A DNA stretch of 61,440 nucleotides from Rhynchobatus australiae. Taxonomy: Eukaryota. The position numbers and the translations under genes are program-made. The notes beneath the pieces were generated by a model. The model was not told the DNA's origin, did not search any database, and saw only the letters and a list, made by a program, of their open reading frames with translations. Location: NCBI GenBank assembly GCA_034780895.1, contig JAUZTB010000001.1, forward strand, positions 99,170,931-99,232,370. The letters are read 5' to 3'. This document shows positions 12,301-24,300 of the stretch, one piece after another (within the stretch, counting starts at the first letter, position 1; every line of letters begins with the position of its first letter).

Positions 12301-15300
12301 NNNNNNNNNNNNNNNNNNNNTGATCTCAGAAGTACAAGATTGTCATAAAAACCCATTTGATTCACCAAAGTGCTCTGAGGTGGAGCTGAAATTAACATCC
12401 TTACCAGATCTGGCTTGTATATGACTCTACCAATGTGGTTAATTCGTAAATGCCCTTCGAAATTGCAACTCGGACACTCACATTATGAAGTATGTACCTT
12501 TTGAAATTGCCTTGTTGATGGCACACACATCATGAAATATGTATAAACAAAATATGAATTGAAAACATTCTTATGCCATTCATAGCTAGATATGGGATAA
12601 CTGCAAATCTCTGACAGGCTCTGTTTACCCTGGTTGTGCTATTTATTTTTGTAGCTGTGCACTGTACTGCTGCTGCAAAACAACGAATTTCACGTTATAT
12701 AAGTCAATGACAATAATTCTGATTCTGTTGGTTGTGGTTCTGTTGATTCTGACTGTTGTTGATTCTGTTGGCTGAACCCTTCTTGTCTGTTGCAACTAGT
12801 TTATTCTGCTTAGCATTCATATGCTATGTGTTGCAGCTTTCTGGTCGGCATCTCACTTGTAGGTATGTCTGGTGCTATTTTCAACTCCTGTCCCTCATGC
12901 CCTTCTGCATTCCTCTTTAAACTTGGAATTATCCCCAGGCTTGATTTCATTAGTGAAATGAGGGATATGCCAGGCCTTAAGATTGTAAGTTATGATGGAT
13001 GTGTTGTGCCAAAAGTTCCAATCTTGCATGAGTGGAATGGCCTGCTGGTGTTACATAGCCTTGCAGTAATAGCTGAGAATGAATCTACTTTTCATTTAAA
13101 GAATTTGTTTCTATTTAAACTGAAATAACCCCAAAATTTCAAAATGTAAAATGATTTCTTGGGGTACTGAATCTTGTGTAAATATTGCAAGGTTACAACT
13201 TGTTTTAAAAGGTGAGCTGGCTTCATAATATTTTGAATATAATTTAGTTCACTGGTAATTTATTAACATTACGTTATAGACAAGAAAAGTGGTAAATGAA
13301 AATTAAAGGATCCTCTGCTGTCCTATGAATGCTGGTTGCCCTGAACCAATCTGTTTCTTCCAGTGTGATCCTGGGCACAGAATTCTACTGGAAGATTGGC
13401 TGCCAGCTCTTTGATAAGACCAAGGGCAGCTCAGGGTCTCTCTCAGTGACAGCACAGTTTTGGCAACTGGTGATTTACTGTCTGGAGGCTCACAAAAATA
13501 TTAACATTGTTTATATAAAAAAAGGTAAAAAAATTTTTTAAAAATGCACATACACGGATATAAAGTAAGTTTATACAATAAAAAGCTTCAAGTGCCTGGG
13601 CGCTATTAAATGTGCAGCAGTTGCTGCTGCCTTGCTTGACTCGATGAGAAGTTCAGGAGAGCAACACGCATTCAAGAATTGCCCATTTATGGGGATCCAT
13701 GTGAATTTAGGCAGTAGATTCACCATAGCGGCAAAGGAATAGAGCTACACTTCAGCCTTGGATGTGTGGCATTCAACAACAGGATAGCCAAGGTTATCAG
13801 CTATTCTCAATGAAGAATTTACACAGTAGACTGGATGATGAAAGAGGGAATACAAGTCTGAAATCATTGTACAAAAAACAAGCTAAGGATGAAGGGATAA
13901 ATATAACTATCAGAACATAAACTTAAAAAAAGCATTGAATTTTATGTATTTGTTTAAAACAGTTCTGAGGAAATGAAACTACATGCTTGTAAACTTACTT
14001 TCCCAGGACCTAGAAATTTGCTTATCAAGATTTATGACTCGGTACATTATAAAAACGGCCGTACTTCTTAAATGAAAGCTTTGTTGCCGTTCGCGGCAAA
14101 GGTAAGAGAAGACTCTGTGCGCCGGACGTGACATTANNNNNNNNNNNNNNNNNNNNNNNNNNNNNNNNNNNNNNNNNNNNNNNNNNNNNNNNNNNNNNNN
14201 NNNNNNNNNNNNNNNNNNNNNNNNNNNNNNNNNNNNAGCGCCCAACAGGAGTGTGGAAACTTTAGTCTGTGTGTCCCTTTTAGGTGGTCTGCCTTGCCAG
14301 CGGGGAGCGGACATCTGCACCAGTTGTTCAATGTCCACATGTGCCAGTTTGAGGCGGTCAACCGTGAACGTCTCCTCCCGTCCCCCACCTCCACAACACA
14401 CATGGAGCCATTGTGCCGGAGCACCCTGAATGGGCCCTCGTATGGCCTCTGCAGCGGTGCTTTTGGCGCTCCCCTGCAGATGAAAACATATTTACAGGTT
14501 CTGAGGTCTCTGGGAATAAAAGATGGTGGCGTGCCGTGCCGTGTCTGGAGGTTGGGATTGGTGCCAGCTTGCCTACCTTGTCCTGCAACTGTGACAGTAC
14601 CTCCACTGGGTTTACTGACGGGTCCTGGGCCTGTGGGATGAATTCCCCTGGGACCGTTAGAGGGGTGCCATACACCAATTCCACTGAGGAGGTGCCCAGC
14701 CCTTGGGGGCCGTGCAGATGCCTAGGAGGACCCAGGGGAGTTCATCTGACCAGTTGGGTCCCTTGAGGCGCGCCATCAATGCTGATTTAAGGTGCCTGTG
14801 GAAACGCTCAACCAGGCCGTTGGATTGCAGGCGGTAGGCCGCGGTGTGGTGCGGCCGCGTACCCAACAGCTGCACCAGCACCGTCCACAGGCTGGATGTG
14901 AATTGTGCTCCCGTCAGAGGTGATGTCTGCTGGGAGTCTGAACCTGGCAATCAACTGGTGATGAGCACCCTGGCGCACGACTCTGTGGACGTCTCCACCA
15001 TGGTGAATATGTACCTGGTGCCGCAGGAAACCAGTAAGGGGCCGACGATGTCCACGTGGATGTGTCTGAACCTCCCGAGCGTGGGCTGGAACAGCTGTGG
15101 GGGGGGCCTTCGCGTGCCGCTGGACCTTCGACGACTGGCAGTGAATACAGGTCCTGGCCCAGTGTCCAACCTGCTTCCACGAGCTGTGCCAGACAAACTT
15201 GTCTGCGACCAGCTTGATGGACGTTCTAATGGACGGGTGTGCCAGGCCGTGCGACTCGTCGAAAACCCATCTCCTCCACGTTGCCGGCACCACAGGTCGT

Positions 15301-18300
15301 GGTCTGCCAGTAGATGTGTCGCAGAGGAGCCGAACTGCTGCTGGGCCTACCTGGATGTCCTCCAGGTGGAGTCCTGAAATGACGGTGCGGTACGCTGGGA
15401 ATTCGGCGTCTGCCTGTTGTGCCTGGGCCAGCGCTTCGTAGTCTATGCTGACAGACGCCGTGGTCACGGAGTGGATGTTGGGGAGGGACAGGGCGTCGGC
15501 GACCACGTTGTTCTTCCCCACAATATGCCTGATGTCCATGGTGAACTCGGAGAGGAACGAGAGGTGCCTTTGCTGCCGAGCTGACCACGGGTCCGATGCC
15601 TTTGCGAAGGCAAAAGGCTTGTGGTCCGTATACACCGTGAAGCTCCTTCCCTTGAGGAAGTACCGGAAGTGCCGGGTTGCCAGATAGGGGGCTAACAACT
15701 CTCTGTCGAAGGCGCTCTACTTCATCTCTGGTGGTCTCAAATGGCGGCTGAAAAACACGAGCAGTTTTCACTTGCCCTCGACGAATTGTTCCAGGACACC
15801 ACCGACCGCCGTGTCAGAGGCATCGACTGTGAGCACCATGGGCACGTCGACTCTCGGGTGCACCAGGAGGGTCGCTTCCGCCAAAGCCTCCTTGGTCCAT
15901 TCGAAAGCTTCCGTGGCCTCCGCGTCCCAATCCACCTCTTTCGCCTTCCCTGCCATCAACCCAAAGAGGGTCCTCATTATACGTGCCGCTGTGGGCATGA
16001 AGCAGTGGTAAAAGTTTACCATCCCCACAAACTCTTGGAGGCCCTTGACCGTGGTGGGCTTGGGGAAACGGCGGATCGCCTGGACTTTGTCTGGTAGTGG
16101 GGCGGCACCGTGCCGGTTCACCCTGTGGCCCAGGAAGTCAATTTCCTGTAGCCCGAACTGGCACGGGTTGATTGCCAGGCCGTGGTCGCTCAGGTGCTGG
16201 CAGAGCTGACGCAGGTGCTCCACATGTTCCTGGCGGGATCAACTGGCCACCAGGATGTTGTCGAGATAAACGAAGGCGAAATCGAGGCCTCGGCCCACTG
16301 AATCCATGAGTTGCTGGAAGGTCTGGGCAGCGTTCTTTAGACCGAAAGGCATCCGTAGAAATTCGAACAGCCCGAAGGGGATAATGAGGGCTGTCTTCAG
16401 CACGTCGTCGGGGTGTACGGGAATCTGGTGATATACCCTCACTAAGTCGATCTTCAAAAAAATGGTTACCCCGTGCAGGTTGACCGTAAAGTCCTGGATG
16501 TGGGGCACTGGGTATCTGTCAGCGGTCGTCGCGTCGTTGAGTCGCCTGTAGTCCCTGCAGGGCCTCCAACCCCCGGCAGCCTTGGGCACCATGTGCAACG
16601 GCGATGCCCACGGGCCGTCCGAGCGCCTGATAATTCCTATCTCTTCCATTTGGCGGAACTCCTCCATTGGCGAGGTGGAGCTTGTCGGGCGGGAGCCTGC
16701 GGGACCGGGCGTGCAGCAGCGGCCCCTGTGTGGGGATGTGGTGTCACACGCCATGTTTGGGGTCGGCGGTGGAGAACTGTGGGGTCACAATGGTGGGGAA
16801 CTCCGCATTACCTTGGCGAACTCGTTGCCGGAGAGTGTGACTGCGTCCAGGTGGAGGGCTGGCACACGTGCGTCTCCGAGTTGGAATGTTTGGAACGTCT
16901 CCGCATGGACCAGCCGCCGGCCCTTTAGGTCTACCAGGAGGCGGTTGGCCTGTAGGAAGTCCGCTCCCAACAGTGGTCGGGAAACCACTGCTACTGTGAA
17001 GGTCCAGGTGAAAGAACTGGTTCCGAAACGCAGCGGGATGGTGCGTGTGTGGTATGTGCGGATGGTCGTGCTGTTCACAGCTGAGGGGCCTGGGGCTGTG
17101 TTGCGGATGTCCATGTTGGAAGGCGGGAGGACACTGATCTCAGCCCGGTATCCACGAGGAAACTTCGGCCGGAGCTACCATCCCACAGGAAAAGGAGGCT
17201 ATTGTGATGGCCAGCCGTCAAAGCCGCTAGCGACAGCTGGCCCCGGCGTTTCTCTGGTAGGAACATGGCGGGTGGCAACGGTGTGTGTTGGATCCCCACC
17301 GTCGATGGTAGAAGCACATCTGTTCTGACTCTTCCAGTAGTTGCTCGAGGAACAACTGCTCGAAAAGGAAGCATGGCTTATGGCCGTCCTTTAATGCCAG
17401 CATGTCGTCCATCAGTTCGGAAGGCTTTCGGTCACCCAGGCCATCCATGTGCAGGGGGCACGTGGCCCGCTCTCGGCTGGAAAGCCCAAAGGTGCGGATG
17501 AGGAGCGCTTTAATTTTAGCATACCTGTCCTCTGCTGGTAGTCAGTGGAGGAAATCGATGATGCGGCCGGCCGTGTCCTGGTCGAGCGCACTGACCACGT
17601 AGTAGTAGCGCGTGGCGGCGGCAGTAATGTCTCAAATGCTGAACTGGGCCTCAGTCTGCTCAACCCATATGTGGGGCTGCGCGGCCCAGAACATTGGGAG
17701 CTTGAGGGCGACTGTGTTGTGCGAGTCGTTGGAGCTCATTTCATCGATCCCAGATGCTGTCTGGAAGCGTTGGGGTCACCAATGTTGCCGTTCATGGCAA
17801 AGGTAAGAGAAGACTCAGAGTCATCGGTGCTTGGTCAGAGCACATTTGACTAAGAGAGTTGAAAACCGCGCGTGCCCGTACAAATACCCGAGACTTCATG
17901 CTGGATGTGATGTCAGGGCCTTGCCAGAAGGCCCGCCACGCGCGTCGGTTGCGATGCGCTCCCATGTGATCGTCTGCGCCCACCGATGGCGGTTCAATAC
18001 CCGCGGGCCCAGGTTGCTACAGCTTAACAGTTTTGATATTTTTACAGCAGAAGTCATTGAAGTTGAAAGTTTTAAAAAAAAATGCAGTTCATTTGATTGC
18101 ATCTGANNNNNNNNNNGACAGCAACTTGCAAAATGTTGTGTTTATTTATGCATTTGCTGTCAATTTTACAAAAGATTTATTACATAAATTCCAGACATCT
18201 ATACATTAGAGATTTCTAATGTGTTGATTTTGTTCAAGTCACCTTGGATTAATGCACATCACACATTTCTGGCCTTTGCTCCAAGATCTAATTTACATTG

Positions 18301-21300
18301 TCTATGCAACAAATTTTACTTTACACCTTGTATCACTGAATTTGAACTCTGAAAGTCGGTTTTAGATCTGTCAGAACACGATACAGCCTTTGACTAAACT
18401 AGAATTCATTTTCTTATTTGTAGTTGTTAGATATGTTGAAGTTCTACACTGGCTTTGAAATAAATGATCAGACAGGAAATGCTCTGACAGAAAATGAGAT
18501 GACTACAATACATTATGATCGCATAACTTCTCTTCAGGTATGAAACAAGAAAGCTTTTTTTGTGAGGTCTTCATTTCTAGATGGGATTAACTTCATGATA
18601 ACATTTTTCACTAATTTTACCAACATTTTGGCACAGCTTTGAGGGCCGAAGGGCCTGAATTGTGCCGTAGTTTTTCTATGTTCTAACATGCAAGATGTTA
18701 ACACCGACTTATGCTTTTATATTTGAGAATAAGATACTTGACTGTGTGTCAGAATTTCAACTTTGCTGGTAAGAAAAATACATAAACTGGAATTATTTCC
18801 TCATATTTATCATAATTTCATATGATACTAGGAAGGAGGCTATTGATACAGAAGGAGGCCGTTTGGCCCAGTCAGCTCTCAGAGCACCCCAATCTGTTTC
18901 ATTCCACCACTTTTTTTTCCCCTAAAATCTATTCTCCCTCACATACTGGAGATCCCTTGATCCTCCCGCCACCCAGCTCCACCAGGGAGAATTTACAGTG
19001 GAAGGAAACCAGAAAACCCAAGGGGTACCCATGTGGTCATGGAAGGATGTGCAAACTCTACATAGGCAAGATCTGAACTCAGGATCAAATCAGTGTTTTG
19101 GCAGCAGCACATTTCAATGTATGTATGTGCCACTTACACGTTTCAAAAAAGCATGACTTCTTTTTGTTTTAAAAAGCTTTTTTTTTAAAATTATGTCTTG
19201 GCACTTTATAGTATGCATTTGGTTTTCAAGAAGTTATTTTTTAAAATATATTAAATGTAAGTAATTGCATTTCCTGATGTTGAATTTAAAGTTAATTGTA
19301 GTTAGCAATGATTGTTACATCAGTTTCTCTGTGCCAATGAAGATGAGCACTATTTGAAATTATCATAAAAATTTCTAACTTTTAGCTGAAGTTAATTGTG
19401 TTAGAAGTTTTCTCCTCTTTGAAGTGTTAACGTACTCAATTTACACTGAAGGGCATTTGAAATGAAGCTAGTTGTTTCATATTTTACACATGTAAAAATC
19501 TTACCACTCTTGTGAAGAATTTGTCCTTTTTATTGGAATGTTAGTAATTCAATGGATATTCTGATGAACATAGAACAGCACAGTACAGGAACAAGCCCTT
19601 CGGCCCACAATGTGCCAAACTAATTAAACTAGTAGTTAAATGCCTATCTAAACTAATCCTTTCTGCCTATATCCCTCCATTCTCTGCACATTCATGTGCC
19701 TATCTAAAAGCCTCTTAAATGCCTCGATCGTATTTCCCTCCACTACACATCTCCTTTGAACTTACCCCCTCTCATCTTAAATGCATGTCTTCTAGTATTA
19801 GAAGTCTGATTGAAGTGATTGTGCAAGTCTGAAGAGATTTACTGATTTGCATTGCAGAGGGCAGCATTTGCTCACTTTCCAGAACTACATGATTTTGCTT
19901 TGTCTAATGTGGCAGCAGTTGATACTCGAGAATTTCTTGTGAAGCACTTTGGATCACTCAGGTAGGTGATTTTTAAATTCTTGAAGTGTCTGCAACTGCT
20001 TCTGCATATCTTTGAGTTCAAGTGATATTGAATAATATTTGCGTTACGAAAACAGATGTAACTGTTAGATGGGTGGATGGGGCCTAATTGGCTAAGGCCA
20101 GGATTGACATGGTGATAAGCTATTGATGTATCCATCTGATTGATAGTTCAATGAGCAAATTTGGAGAGAACACAAAGAGACATGAAAAAATCCATGAAAT
20201 GCTGAGCTATAGGAAATGTCCGCCAGGTCAGGCCCCACCAAACTTCTTTCTAAACCTTGGCTTCTTTGTCATAGTGAATAGAGCCTTTGATCACATCTTG
20301 TCTTTTTCCAGAGCCTCTGTTCTCACCCCCTCTCCTGGACAGAGCAAGAACAGAGTTCCCTGGGTCCTCGCCTTCCACGCCATCAGTCTCAGCACTCAAC
20401 TAATCACCTTTCACAATTTCTGCCAGCTCCAACAAGATTCCCCCGCACTCTTCCCCTCCCCTCCCCTTTCAGCATTTCGAAGGGACCATTCCTTTCATGA
20501 TTCCATGGGTAACTCTTCCATCTCCTCCAACCATTCCAGGTCTTGTGGGATTCTCCTATGCAACTACAGGAGATGCAATACCTGCTCTTTTACCATGTCC
20601 CTTCCCACGATCCAGGGATCCAATATCCCTACCGTGTGATTTGCTTGCATTTCTAATCTAGTGTACTGCATGTAATGCTCCACAATGTGGTCTCCTGTAC
20701 ACTGAAGATGTGGTGGACCTGCATTTGGTCTGCAGGACCCTCCAGTTGCCAGACACTTTCTCCATCCCACTCCCACTCTGATCTACCTGTCTGTAGCCCG
20801 CTGCGCTGTTAAAACAAGGCACAAAGTAAGCTGGAAAAGCAGCACGTCATCTGTCACCCGCTCCATCTTCCGGTCTTTCCCCCTCCGCCCCCTGCTCTCT
20901 CCATCCTCTCACTTTCTCCGGTAGCAAAGTTCCACATTCTAACCACTGCCCATCTCAGCTGATATTTCAAGTTTAATGAGTTTCAACATTTTTTTTGTAT
21001 TTTTTATTCTTCTGCAAACTTGAACATAACTTGTGTTAAGATCTTTGCATGGATGTAAAATGCTAAATTACTCTTGTTTTCCAATTACAGTCCCAACACA
21101 CTCCACAAAGTGGCATCATACCTTTGTCTTTTGCCAACCCTGCCTGAGGACATGGATACATGTTATGAAAAGGATTTTCTCTTGGAAATGTTGGTCAGTA
21201 TTTCAATGATGAGAATATTTATCAACATAATATTGGAACATGATCTTAAAGCAGGAAATCATTCACTTAAAGTTGTTTCTTTTAATCAGGTGTCCCGACA

Positions 21301-24300
21301 TGAACGGCGAACATCTCAAATCCAGCAATTAAATGAGATGCCCCTTTATCCCACTGAAAAAATTATCTGGGATGAAAACATTGTTCCGACGGAATATTAC
21401 TCTGGTGAAGGTATGATGAATCATTAGGTTTGTGGGGAGTTTTATTTCTTATTCACTGCTAGGTTCTGTGTAGCTTGAAAACCCATGTCCTACAGGACAA
21501 ATTTTACTCTGTGAACTTCACACGAGCAAGGAATTTCATTGTACCCTGGTATACATGACAATAATCTAATTTGATCTGACCTGACCATGTGTTTTTTTGT
21601 TATGTCAGGCTGCCTTGCATTACCAAAGCTGAATTTACAGTTCTTGACTCTTCATGACTATCTGCTGAGGAATTTCAATCTCTTCCGTCTGGAGTCTACA
21701 TATGAAATTAGACAAGATGTGGAGGATGCAATCAGCAGACTTAAACCATGGTGGGTGTTAATATGGAGGATTGTACCATTCTGTATATAAATACAATTTC
21801 CCTCAAAATCAGAATTCTTGTCAGTTGTTGGATCTGCTGTAAACTATTAAGATGTTAGAAAGTTGGTTTAAAACTTCTCATTTGAATTCTGTAGATTGCT
21901 TTCTCTTTTAATTTAAATATGTTTGTATATCTGTCCAAGACATCAAGTTAATAATTGCAAAATAGCTAACCGTTAAGCAGAATGAACTGTTCCCTCAGTA
22001 ACTGACAACACAGCTCACAGGTATTACATTACTCAATCCACACCACAGTGGAGAAGAGAGTTAATGTTACTCTACCCATTCAGTTCTACAATGGTTGGGG
22101 AGTTACCCTGAGAAGTCTGATCCACAGTGGGTGGGAATCACATTGCTGCATTACATTGGTGGTGGATACACTGCTCAGTCCCCTCTGTGGTAGGAGTAAT
22201 TACAATTCCTATTATTCACTGTGGTAGGTGAGAAATATGTACCTTTCCTCAGAAGGAGTTGCAGAATCTAGTCCACTCTGCAGTGTATGCAAGTTTTGCT
22301 GCCCAACCTACTCCACAATGGCTGGGAGTTATACTGCACAGTCTTTTCCATGGTCAAAGAAGCTACAGTGCTGAGCCCACTCCACAATGGAAGGGAGTTA
22401 CATTGCCCAGTGTGCTCTGCAGTGGGTGGGATTGGACTGCACAGTTTACCCCAGAGTCAAAACAAGAGCAGATTCACTTTTGAGCATTCTTAAGCAGATG
22501 AATCTTGTATTTTCTCAGTACTCATGAGTCTTGTGTAAAATTCATTTAATTAATATTTTACTGCTACAAACATTTGACATTATTATATGATAAATGCACG
22601 TNNNNNNNNNNNNNNNNNNNNNNNNNNNNNNNNNNNNNNNNNNNNNNNNNNNNNNNNNNNNAATCTAAGTTGGCAACTTCTACTAAAGTATATTATTTGT
22701 TCAGAAAAATCTTGATGCCCTTCCTTGGATTATGATGTTAAAAAATGTGTTCAAGTCTTTCACTATTATAATTAAGTTTTAAAATGTACTTTACACTGTT
22801 TAATATTTGGATCAGAATGCCTTCTTTACCTTAATTTGGTGTCCACTGATGAAAAGCAATTTGGAACAACTCTGTTAAACTCTACAATATTTTATGAGAA
22901 TATTTCACTCCAATTCCCGGACTTAATATCTGAATTTATTTATGAATATTGCAGGCAAGGAGAGTATGGAGGAGTTGTCTTTGGTGGCTGGGCTCGAATG
23001 GCACAACCGATTGTCACTTTCTCCATTGTAGAAGTGTCAAAACCCAATATTGGTGAGAACTGGCCGGCCAGGGTCCGTGCAGATGTAACCATCAACTTAA
23101 ATGTTCGATATCAAATCAAGGAGGAATGGGAAGGTAACTCAAAATGCTTAATTTATTTTGCAGCAGAGAATGGAATGTTGTTTCCTGTTTTGCAGAGGAT
23201 GTGTACAAGCAATGTAACTTATTTCCAGGTGTAAGATGGGATAGAAATCATGAATCATAAGGTAATTCCAGATACTTTAGAAAAATTACTCACAGTTAAA
23301 AGAGTGAATGAATCTGGAATTGGGTTATGCTGAATGCAGCAAAGATTAATTTGCAGCATCTATTTTGATAAATTAATAATTTGCTCAAATGTTTTTGGGC
23401 CAATACATATTAATAAAACATTCTACTGTGAACTGAATAAATCTTCAGGCAACTGCACTGTCAATGTTTGTTTAAGAAATCAAAGAGTCAGGTAATAATG
23501 CCTTTTCTATTATTTCTGGACTTTTATTTTCAATTCTGTAGCCCTTCGCAAGCACGATGTCTGTTTCCTCATAACTGTTCGACCAGTCTTGGCTTATGGC
23601 ACAAAATTTGACCGAAAACAGCCATTTGTAGAGCAATCTGGACTCATGTATGTGCGTGGCTGTGAAATTCAAGGCATGCTGGATGAGAAAGGACGGGTCA
23701 TTGAAGAAGGTACGGTTTTGTGCTCTTGTTTGCAGAACAGCATGGGCTATTTTTAAATGACGATTTATGTATCTTGTACAGCATGCTTCACATTGTTTTA
23801 TTTCAGTTCACTTGGCAGTGCCCTCACCTTGGAGGCAAGAGATCTGAGTTCAAACCTCACTCTGGGACAGTAACGTAGGATTTATTTTGATATTTCAATG
23901 CAGTTCTCAGGGAATACTACTGTGTTGGAGGTGCTGTCTTTCTGCTCAGATAATCTTTCAATGCATTCTGTCTGTTCAAGCAGACATAAAAGATCCCATG
24001 GCACTATCTGAAGAAAGGCCATCAATCACTTTTCCTATACGACTGAAGGATGACCTTGTCACCTTATTCCCGGTTTGTTGAAGCTTGCTTCACAAGACTG
24101 GCAGCCGTACCGACAAAAATAACAGCAGAATGACTATACTGTAAAAGCACAATATTGGTTGTGAAGCACGTTAGGATGTCTGGAAGATGTGAAATTTGAT
24201 GTTGAATTTGTTCTCCAGTTGAATGGACGAATATATTTTTCATGCTTCAAGTATATTTTTATATTTCTAATGTATCTTGCATTGTTACTACTTGTCACAG

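Larger units (their letters stand above)
14082..18021 (-). mobile_element. Ty3/Gypsy LTR retrotransposon, CsRn1/Kabuki-like, degenerate, in AQR intron 11
   Basis: TG...CA termini; GCTT TSD at 14078-14081 and 18022-18025. On the minus strand: Gag (KLPMFW...RYYYVV), protease (FLVDTG), RT ([28 protein letters not shown]), RNase H ([20 protein letters not shown]), integrase ([32 protein letters not shown]), in Gypsy order. GC/CpG-rich against host. Confidence 0.95.

Noticed and set aside
11982-12398. ORFs composed largely of X (also at 24531-25111, 31013-31480 and 59522-59896)
   Set aside because: Artefacts of translating through N runs
13833-13862. C/D-box-like ATGATGA...CTGA (also about 5552-5588)
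   Set aside because: Boxes are only about 27-35 nt apart, too short for an intronic snoRNA, with no convincing terminal stem
14294-18106. Many long + strand ORFs (for example 248 aa at 16582-17328)
   Set aside because: Antisense shadows of the GC-rich Gypsy gag-pol; no independent protein signature
22030-22450. CRISPR-like interpretation of the ~34-nt periodicity
   Set aside because: Eukaryotic intron, degenerate adjacent units, no unique spacers and no cas genes
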